Shown: positions 57,316-64,000 of the stretch, in pieces
How the letters are laid out: each line of letters starts with the position of its first letter
Position numbering within the stretch: position 1 is the first letter of the stretch
Assembly (NCBI GenBank): GCA_036385955.1
Contig: DASVJK010000015.1
Span: 13,040-77,039, forward strand
DNA length: 64,000 bases
Origin: Chthoniobacterales bacterium
GTDB lineage: Bacteria > Verrucomicrobiota > Verrucomicrobiia > Chthoniobacterales > UBA10450
Direction of reading: 5' to 3'
Translations under genes and position numbers: made by a program
The notes under the pieces: model-generated
What the model was told of the DNA's origin: nothing
What the model saw: only the letters and a program-made list of their open reading frames with translations
Database searches by the model: none

Positions 57316-60108
57316 ATGAGGCGTTTGTTTCAATACGCGGGACGCTCGGCGGCAGTAGTGGGCGCGTTGTGTTTGTTCGCCGCGCCGGCTCACGCCATCT
57401 CGCGCACGGTCAACCTCTCCACACGCATGGTGGTGCAGACGGGCGACAATGTCCTGATCGGCGGCTTCATCGTTGATGGCACCGGCCAGAAAAGGATTGC
57501 GCTGCGGGCCATGGGGCCATCGCTCCCGGTTCCGGGCAGGCTGAGCGATCCGCTGCTTGAATTGCACGATGCCTCCGGCCATTTGGTTGTCTCGAACGAC
57601 AACTGGCGCACGACTCAGCAAGACGAAATCATCGCGGCAGGTCTCGCGCCGTCGAACGATCTCGAATCCGTTATCATCACGACAATCACCCCGGGCGCGT
57701 ACACCGCGATCGTAAAGGGTGTGAACGATGTGACCGGTGTTGGGCTGGTGGAGCTGTACGATCTTGATCCTGATGACACGCCGTCTCGCCTCGCGAACAT
57801 TTCCACCCGCGGCAATGTCCTCACGGATGACAATGTGATGATTGGCGGCTTCATCGTGCGTGGCGATGTGTCGAAGAAAATGATCATCCGCGCAAGAGGT
57901 CCATCGATTTTCCTCAACGGCATTCCGATCCCGGACAGTTTGTCGGACCCGATGCTCGAATTGCACGATGGCAACGGGACGCTCATCGCCCAGAATGATA
58001 ACTGGCGCTCGACGCAAGAAGCGGAAATCAACGCGACCACTCTTGCCCCCACGGACGACCGCGAACCCGCGCTCATCGCCATGCTCGCGCAAGGCAATTA
58101 CACAGCGATCGTACGGGGCGCGCATAACACCAGCGGCATCGCGCTGCTGGAAATGTACGATCTCGACCAGCCGCCGCAGGCCGACGGTTCGACGCTGTAT
58201 CTCGCGCAATTGCGTCCGTTAAGTGGGGTTGCCTCCGGCGGCTCGGGCACCGCCATTCTGCGTCTCGCCGCTGACGAGTTGTCAGCCGTTGTTTCCTTCC
58301 AATACTCAAACCTTTCGTCGCCGATCAGCGGCATCGGCATTTACAGCTTGGACGGCCAGCTTCTTTTCGATGTCTCGGTATCCCTGCCGCTGCCAGACGG
58401 TTCCTACGTCTGGACTTTCAGACCGCGCGGGACCTACACGGTGGCCGATATCATCGCGGCGATCAGAGCGGGGCAACTTACGTTCCTGATCCAAACTTCC
58501 GGGCATCCCGCGGGAGAAATCAGCGGCTTCTTTAATTTGTTTACTGGTGGTCAACCTGGGCCGACGCCGACTCCGCCGCCGCCACTGCCTTCCGGGACCC
58601 CCGCCGCCGCAGACGCGGGCAGGTTCCTTTCTCAGTCAACTTTCGGCGTCACGGATGCCTTGATCTCCCAGGTTCAGAGCCAGGGTTTCGATAATTTCCT
58701 CAATCAACAATTTGCGGTGCCGATATCGTCGCATCTGGCGTTCGTCGATGCATCGGGCGTCAATCCCCCGACGATCACCCAAACCAATGACGCCTGGTGG
58801 ACCTACGCGATCTCTGCGCCCGACCAACTACGGCAGCGAGTCGCCTTCGCCTTGAGCGAACACTTTGTCGTCTCGCTCAATAGCGCCGGTTTGGGAAACA
58901 AGCCTTATGCCCTTCCGGCTTACTTTGACGTGCTGGTCAAAGACGCGTTTGGAAATTTTCGGCAGCTTCTCGAGGAGATCACCTTGAATCCGGGGATGGG
59001 GGCCTATCTGAACATGCTTCAGAACGATAAGGCGAATGCCTCCGGAACGAGACGGCCTAACGAGAACTACGCCCGTGAAGTCATGCAGCTTTTTTCTATC
59101 GGTCTTTACGACCTCAATCTCGATGGAAGTTTGACGCTCAGTTCGAGTGGATTCCCGATCGTGACGTATAATCAGGATGCGATCCTTGGAACGGCGGCGG
59201 TTTTCACCGGCTGGACTTATCACCAGACTGGAACTCCCGTCTTCTATCCCGGGGTGCAAGACTGGCGTAATCCGATGGTCAATGTCCCAAGCCATCATTC
59301 CCCGGACGCGAAAACAATCTTGAACGGCGTCACTCTTCCCGCCGGGCAAACCGCCGCGCAGGACTTAAGAACGACCTTGGACACAATTTTCAATCATCCG
59401 AATGTCGGTCCTTTTTTCTGCCGGGAGTTGATTCAGCGGCTCGTCACGAGTAACCCGAGCCCTGGCTATGTTTATCGAGTCGCTTCGGTTTTCAATAATA
59501 ACGGACAGGGCGTTCGCGGTGATTTGAAGGCCGTGGTACGCGCGATCCTGATGGATTACGACGCGCGCGGCAGCGCCAGGACGGAGCAGGGAGCGGGCAA
59601 GCAACGCGAGCCGGTTATTCGTCTGACGAATCTCTTACGCGCTTTCAACGCCTCATCGCCCGATGGGAAATTCTCGATCCGGAACGCGGATGCGAATTTC
59701 GCCGAAGAAGCGATGCATTCGCCCACGGTTTTCAATTTCTTTTCACCCGATTATGCGGCGCCTGGCGCGATCGCAGAGGCCGGTCTGAGAAGTCCGGAAT
59801 TCGAGATCACAACAGAGACAACAGTTGTGACCATTGCGAATTATCTCAGAACGGCGATCTACGGTTCACTCGGGCCTTCCAGCGACAGAATCACGTTAAG
59901 TCTTTCGAACGAACAGGCGCTGGCCGCTAACCCGACGCAATTGGTGGATCATCTCAATTCCTTGCTGATGGCCGGCAGCATGTCTGCGGCGATGCGCACC
60001 ATTTTGATCAATGCCATTACCCAGATCCCCGCGAACAATCCCGCAGAGCGCACCAAGACCGCCCTCTATCTCGTGATCAATTCGCCCGAATTCACCATCG
60101 ACAAATAG
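57316..60108 (+). CDS. secreted multidomain protein: two tandem ~125-aa repeats, a CHRD-like domain, a Pro-rich linker and DUF1800
   Basis: The ATG at 57316 gives the signal peptide MRRLFQYAGRSAAVVGALCLFAAPAHA. The repeats lie at 57412-57768 and 57796-58167 (NxSTR...GDNVxIGGFIV...GPS...LSDPxLELHD...NDNWR...YTAIVxG...GxxLVExYDLD). The CHRD-like end is IQTSGHPAGEISGFF. The DUF1800-like part contains NENYAREVMQLFSIG. Confidence 0.75.
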   Translation: MRRLFQYAGRSAAVVGALCLFAAPAHAISRTVNLSTRMVVQTGDNVLIGGFIVDGTGQKRIALRAMGPSLPVPGRLSDPLLELHDASGHLVVSNDNWRTTQQDEIIAAGLAPSNDLESVIITTITPGAYTAIVKGVNDVTGVGLVELYDLDPDDTPSRLANISTRGNVLTDDNVMIGGFIVRGDVSKKMIIRARGPSIFLNGIPIPDSLSDPMLELHDGNGTLIAQNDNWRSTQEAEINATTLAPTDDREPALIAMLAQGNYTAIVRGAHNTSGIALLEMYDLDQPPQADGSTLYLAQLRPLSGVASGGSGTAILRLAADELSAVVSFQYSNLSSPISGIGIYSLDGQLLFDVSVSLPLPDGSYVWTFRPRGTYTVADIIAAIRAGQLTFLIQTSGHPAGEISGFFNLFTGGQPGPTPTPPPPLPSGTPAAADAGRFLSQSTFGVTDALISQVQSQGFDNFLNQQFAVPISSHLAFVDASGVNPPTITQTNDAWWTYAISAPDQLRQRVAFALSEHFVVSLNSAGLGNKPYALPAYFDVLVKDAFGNFRQLLEEITLNPGMGAYLNMLQNDKANASGTRRPNENYAREVMQLFSIGLYDLNLDGSLTLSSSGFPIVTYNQDAILGTAAVFTGWTYHQTGTPVFYPGVQDWRNPMVNVPSHHSPDAKTILNGVTLPAGQTAAQDLRTTLDTIFNHPNVGPFFCRELIQRLVTSNPSPGYVYRVASVFNNNGQGVRGDLKAVVRAILMDYDARGSARTEQGAGKQREPVIRLTNLLRAFNASSPDGKFSIRNADANFAEEAMHSPTVFNFFSPDYAAPGAIAEAGLRSPEFEITTETTVVTIANYLRTAIYGSLGPSSDRITLSLSNEQALAANPTQLVDHLNSLLMAGSMSAAMRTILINAITQIPANNPAERTKTALYLVINSPEFTIDK

Positions 60109-60110
60109 TT

Positions 60111-61472
60111 ATGTACGCACCTACCCGCCGCACCTTCATTCGCCAGGCTGCTTGCGCCGCGCTCACCACCTCGGGATTGCTCAATACCGTCTTCGATCTC
60201 CGAAGGCTGAGCGCCGCTCCGATCGCCGACACGGGTGATTATAAGGCGCTGGTTTGCCTGTTCCTATATGGCGGCAACGATGCGAACAATGTCATCATCC
60301 CCCATGATGCGAGCGGTTACGCTTCCTACGCTGACGCGCGAGGTATTCTCGCGATCCCGCAGGCATTGCTTCTTCCACTCACTTTGCAAAACGGCGACGG
60401 CCGCGACTTTGGTTTTCATCCGAACCTACCGGAATTGCAGGCCCTTTTTAACCAAGGGCACCTTGGGATCGTTTCGAATGTGGGCACGCTTGTCGCGCCC
60501 ATCACCCGCGCACAATATCTCTCTGGCGGGGCCGCTGTTCCGCCGCAGCTCTTCTCTCATGCCGACCAATCGGTGCAGTGGCAGACCTCGGTCCCTGATC
60601 AACCATCTCGCACGGGCTGGGGGGGACGGATGGCGGATGTGCTTGAGTCGCTCAACAGCGGTTCAAATATTTCTCTCTCCATCTCGATCGCGGGGACAAA
60701 TACTTTCGAAGTCGGCAACACCGTAATCCCATACAACGTTTCGTCTGACGGAAGCGTTGGCCTGACGGGGTTCGATGGCAGCGCGAATGCCAACGTGCGT
60801 TTGCAAGCCTTCAGGGATCTCCTGGCGTTGCCGCATAACAATTTATTCGAGCAGGCTTATTCCGACACGGTCTTGCGTTCCATCGCCGCGAACGATCTGC
60901 TCACGTCCGCTCTCGCCGGTGTCCCACCGCTGCAAACCGTTTTCCCCACGACCGCGCTCGCCAAACAGCTGAATATGGTTGCCCGGCTCATTGCCGCGCG
61001 AACCAATCTCGCGATGCGCCGGCAGATTTTTTTCTGTTCGGTCGGCGGTTATGATACCCATGGCGATCAGCTCACCGGCCAGGCCAATTTGTTCACGGAA
61101 CTCAGCCAGGCCCTGAACGCATTTTATTCCGCGACCGCCGAGCTGGGCGTCGCGCAGCAAGTGACCGCTTTCACCGCTTCGGACTTTGGTCGCACCTTCC
61201 CTACGAACGGTTCCGGATCCGACCATGGCTGGGGCAGCCATCAATTTGTCCTCGGCGGCGCGGTCCAAGGCGGTCGATTGTTTGGAACATTCCCGACACT
61301 CGCCGTCAACGGACCGGACGATACCGGACAAGGCCGCTGGATCCCGACAACCTCGGTGGATGAATTGTCCGCGACACTGGCAACATGGTTCGGAGTGAGC
61401 AGTTCGGACTTGCCGACTGTGCTGCCGAATATCGGACGGTTCGCTCATCCGAATCTCGGAATCTTCGGTTAG
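60111..61472 (+). CDS. DUF1501-family (sulfatase/phosphatase-fold-like) protein with a Tat signal
   Basis: The twin-arginine N-terminus is MYAPTRRTFIRQAACAALTTSG. DUF1501-like motifs include GGYDTHGDQ and GSDHGWGS. It starts 3 nt after the DUF1800 gene. Confidence 0.8.
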   Translation: MYAPTRRTFIRQAACAALTTSGLLNTVFDLRRLSAAPIADTGDYKALVCLFLYGGNDANNVIIPHDASGYASYADARGILAIPQALLLPLTLQNGDGRDFGFHPNLPELQALFNQGHLGIVSNVGTLVAPITRAQYLSGGAAVPPQLFSHADQSVQWQTSVPDQPSRTGWGGRMADVLESLNSGSNISLSISIAGTNTFEVGNTVIPYNVSSDGSVGLTGFDGSANANVRLQAFRDLLALPHNNLFEQAYSDTVLRSIAANDLLTSALAGVPPLQTVFPTTALAKQLNMVARLIAARTNLAMRRQIFFCSVGGYDTHGDQLTGQANLFTELSQALNAFYSATAELGVAQQVTAFTASDFGRTFPTNGSGSDHGWGSHQFVLGGAVQGGRLFGTFPTLAVNGPDDTGQGRWIPTTSVDELSATLATWFGVSSSDLPTVLPNIGRFAHPNLGIFG

Positions 61473-61583
61473 GCTCCGGCCGAATTATTGTTGGAGGGAC
61501 GAGCTCCGTCTCATCCTCGGAATTTCGTGCCCGCTTGACGCTTGCGCGAATCCGCCGATAGGCGAATTACTGAATTCGAATCT

Positions 61584-62261
61584 ATGGCGAAAACGTTGAA
61601 CTGGATTGCAAAACAAGATGCCCGGCATCGGCTCGTCATTTCGCTCCTTGCCGCCGGGCTCGTTTGGTTTGGCCTGCATGGCCGGGTCCAACCTTCGACC
61701 CAATCAATCGCCACGTGGGACGTTTTCGCATTGTGCGTTCTTGTCCTGTCCTGGCTGACGATCATAACCACGCCGCCGCACAAACTTCGCTCGCGGGCGC
61801 AGGAGCAGGATGTCAGTCGCACAGTCATTTTTGTTTTCGTTGTCCTGGCAGCGTGTGCCGGCTTGTTCGCGGTCGGTTTTCTTTTTTTCGCCAACAAGAG
61901 CGTGCAACGTCCCCACATCATTCTGCACCTGTTGATGAGTCTAGTCGCGGTCGTTTCCTCCTGGTTACTGGTCCATACGGTTTTCGGCCTCCGTTACGCG
62001 CACACGTATTATGGCGATCCTGATGGCCCGGCCGGGCCGCAGCAACACGCGGGCGGGCTTGATTTTCCTGGGGGCCGGTCGCCCGACTACATGGATTTTG
62101 CTTACTTCTCGTTCGTCATTGGCATGACATTCCAAGTCTCGGACGTGCAGATTACTTCGCGTGAATTGCGACAACTGGTGCTTTTGCACGGGATGCTCTC
62201 GTTTGGATTCAATACCGTGATTCTTGCCCTGACGATCAACACCATCTCAACCCTGATCTGA
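61584..62261 (+). CDS. DUF1345-family membrane protein
   Basis: It has TM segments plus the conserved C-terminal region RYAHTYYG...LDFPGGRSPDYMDFAYFSFVIGMTFQVSDV. Confidence 0.65.
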   Translation: MAKTLNWIAKQDARHRLVISLLAAGLVWFGLHGRVQPSTQSIATWDVFALCVLVLSWLTIITTPPHKLRSRAQEQDVSRTVIFVFVVLAACAGLFAVGFLFFANKSVQRPHIILHLLMSLVAVVSSWLLVHTVFGLRYAHTYYGDPDGPAGPQQHAGGLDFPGGRSPDYMDFAYFSFVIGMTFQVSDVQITSRELRQLVLLHGMLSFGFNTVILALTINTISTLI

Positions 62262-62330
62262 CACGTTTCGCGCGCTCAGGCGCTTCTGGCACAACCGATG
62301 CTAGGTCAACTCCAGAGTGAATGCCGCGCG

Positions 62331-62756
62331 ATGAAGTTTCTAAAAAAGATATTGCTGGTCGATCACGAGCCGAAAGTGACGGAGCTCGTTAGGCGTGCGC
62401 TCGAAAGCACGGGCAAATATCTCATAAAGGTCGAACGGGATAGCCGGCTCGCCTTGCACGCGGCGCCTTGGTTTTTGCCTGATCTTATTTTGCTCGATGC
62501 GGCGAAGGCCGAGTCGGAGGGCGAGGACGTAAATCGCCAGCTGAAGTCCGACCCAGCGCTGAAGGACACGCCGTTTCTTTTTCTGAGCGGGAACGCGGCT
62601 TCGGAAAAGAAAGTGATGACCGGTGGATTCCTTAGCGGATACAGCTTCCTCGCGACCGCCGTTTCGTTGGACGACCTCATCCGCTACGTGGATGAAATGT
62701 TGAATCCTGCGCCGGCTGCACCGGCTGCTCGAGTGCGGGTCAGGGCGACTCGTTAG
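62331..62756 (+). CDS. stand-alone receiver (REC) domain protein, atypical
   Basis: KILLVDHEP...PDLILLDA...FLFLSG has the REC topology. However, DD is replaced by DH, and the conserved Lys (KP) position reads LATAV. Confidence 0.55.
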   Translation: MKFLKKILLVDHEPKVTELVRRALESTGKYLIKVERDSRLALHAAPWFLPDLILLDAAKAESEGEDVNRQLKSDPALKDTPFLFLSGNAASEKKVMTGGFLSGYSFLATAVSLDDLIRYVDEMLNPAPAAPAARVRVRATR

Positions 62757-62770
62757 GCCCAGGCGCTGAT

Positions 62771-63148
62771 CTACGTGATCGCCTTGCGGTAAGCGGCGGC
62801 GTCTTTCAACTGTTTGATGTCGTCCGGGGAATCCATCTTCAGAACGAAGATCCAGCCTTCGCCGAATGGATCCGTGTTGATCAAGGCGGGGTTGCCTTCC
62901 AGCGCTTTGTTCACTTCCACGACGGTACCCTTAAGCGGCGCGTAAATGTCACTGGCCGCTTTCACGGATTCAACGACCGCGATCTGTCCGCGGGCCTCCG
63001 CCTGGGCGCCGACTTTCGGCAACTCGACGTAAACGACGTCGGTCAGCTCGGCTTGCGCATGATCGGTGATGCCGACACGCGCATTCTGGTCTTCTTGGCG
63101 GACCCATTCGTGCGACTCAGTGTAAAAAAGATCGTCGGGAACATTCAT
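62771..63148 (-). CDS. gcvH: glycine cleavage system H protein
   Basis: The ATG at 63148 gives MNVPDDLFYTESHEWV.... The lipoyl-lysine motif is VESVKAASDIYAP. It is 125 aa. The track's longer ORF is an upstream extension. Confidence 0.92.
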   Translation of the reverse strand: MNVPDDLFYTESHEWVRQEDQNARVGITDHAQAELTDVVYVELPKVGAQAEARGQIAVVESVKAASDIYAPLKGTVVEVNKALEGNPALINTDPFGEGWIFVLKMDSPDDIKQLKDAAAYRKAIT

Positions 63149-64000
63149 GATTTTTTGTAGAGTGGTTTCTTCTCGACGGTGGCGGGAAATTTCTGCCCGC
63201 GAATTTCGATCTCGATCTCCGTGCCGACGCGAGCGTGCTGCGTGGGAAGGTAAGCCATCCCGATCCCCTGATTCAAGCTCGGCGATAGGGTGCCGCTCGT
63301 GGCTTCTCCGATCTGTTCGCCGCCGCGCCAAACCAAATAATGCGGACGCGGCGGCGGTCCTTTGCTTTTCATGCGAAAGGGGACGAGCCGGTTAGCTGTT
63401 CCAGTTTCCTTTGCTTTTACGAGCTCTTCGCGGCCGATGAATTTCGGCTTTTTCAGATCGACGAAAAAACCCAGGCCGGCTTCGATCGGGTTGTGCTCTG
63501 GGGAAAGATCCGAGCCGTTCAGCGGATAGCACATCTCGAGACGCAGCGTGTCACGCGCGCCCAGACCGCAGGGGCGAATGCCAAGCGCTTTTCCCTTGTC
63601 GAGCACTTCATTCCACACCATCGCGGCGTCCTTCGCAGGGAAGAAAACCTCCACGCCATCTTCGCCGGTATACCCGGTGCGCGCGATCAAAAGTTCCTTT
63701 CCTTTGCGTGCCAGATCGACAATAGCGTTGCGCGGCGGGAGATCGACATCGTCGCCAAGAATGGAATGGAAAAGATCGACAACGCGTGGGCCCTGGATTG
63801 CCAGCCCACCGTAATCGGCGCTGCGATTAGAAAGAGAGATATCGTTCGGACGATGTCGCTCCAGCCAGGCTAAGTCTTCATTCGTGCGCGACGCGTTGAC
63901 CACCAAAAGGAATTCCTCCGGAGCTGTACGATAAACGATCAGGTCGTCGATGATTCCGCCGCTCTCGTTCAGTAGAAACGTATACTGACCGGTGCCGACT
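63145..64000 (-). CDS. gcvT: glycine cleavage system aminomethyltransferase (T protein), C-terminal part; the 5' end lies beyond the right window edge
   Basis: The reading frame stays open to the window edge. Manual translation of 63904-64000 gives VGTGQYTFLLNESGGIIDDLIVYRTAPEEFLLVVNASRTNED. The downstream part contains GYTGEDGVE and GLGARDTLRLE. The stop overlaps the gcvH start (ATGA). Confidence 0.9.
   Translation of the reverse strand, partial: VGTGQYTFLLNESGGIIDDLIVYRTAPEEFLLVVNASRTNEDLAWLERHRPNDISLSNRSADYGGLAIQGPRVVDLFHSILGDDVDLPPRNAIVDLARKGKELLIARTGYTGEDGVEVFFPAKDAAMVWNEVLDKGKALGIRPCGLGARDTLRLEMCYPLNGSDLSPEHNPIEAGLGFFVDLKKPKFIGREELVKAKETGTANRLVPFRMKSKGPPPRPHYLVWRGGEQIGEATSGTLSPSLNQGIGMAYLPTQHARVGTEIEIEIRGQKFPATVEKKPLYKKS

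Noticed and set aside
57253-58209. 318-aa minus-strand ORF.
   Set aside because: It is antisense to the repeat region of the DUF1800 protein. It is an Arg-rich shadow frame with no motifs.
1-64000. Scan for CRISPR arrays, tRNA/rRNA/tmRNA/RNase P signatures, toxin-antitoxin pairs, restriction-modification systems and known anti-phage systems.
   Set aside because: I found no regularly spaced repeats, no tRNA T-arm-like GGTTCGAATCC contexts outside coding sequence, and no nuclease, helicase, methylase, reverse-transcriptase or STAND-type ORFs. The window appears to lack these features. A by-eye scan could still miss short ncRNAs.

Overview
This is a moderately GC-rich, densely coding bacterial chromosomal window. 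About 55 CDS are supportable. I did not recognise any rRNA, tRNA, CRISPR array, transposase, integrase, phage gene or known defence system.

The dominant feature is a polysaccharide (EPS/O-antigen-like) biosynthesis and export locus of about 32 kb, at roughly 7.4-39.3 kb:
- Export: an outer-membrane beta-barrel, a short Wza-like OPX protein and a Wzc-like PCP/tyrosine autokinase.
- Assembly: about 11 glycosyltransferase modules, two Wzy_C-type membrane proteins, a GT-C-like membrane protein and a divergently encoded WcaJ/WbaP-type initiating phosphoglycosyltransferase.
- Decoration: an FkbM methyltransferase, two hexapeptide acetyltransferases, an AsnB-like amidotransferase, an SGNH hydrolase and a carbamoyltransferase-SxtJ-DUF5989 trio.

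The flanks are housekeeping genes. On the left are gcvP (partial, at the left edge), ilvA, a hybrid histidine kinase and an SDR. On the right are ppdK, rnr, folP, cdaA, rodA, scpA, dxs, xseB, and gcvH/gcvT (gcvT partial, at the right edge).

The ORF track reports the longest ATG/GTG/TTG ORFs. I revised many starts inward using stop/start overlaps, signal peptides and family-typical N-termini.

No clearly new system is demonstrable from sequence alone. The best candidates for a second look are:
1. The SGNH-carbamoyltransferase-SxtJ-DUF5989 module.
2. The short-OPX plus beta-barrel export pair, in a locus with no recognisable Wzx flippase.
3. Three tandem non-canonical GT-B modules.
4. A tightly coupled PEBP-lipoprotein hydrolase-ICMT-condensation-domain cassette.
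5. A DUF1800/DUF1501 pair with an unusual N-terminal extension.
6. A 10-bp-phased direct-repeat array inside the EPS operon.

All family assignments come from motif recognition by eye. No searches were run.
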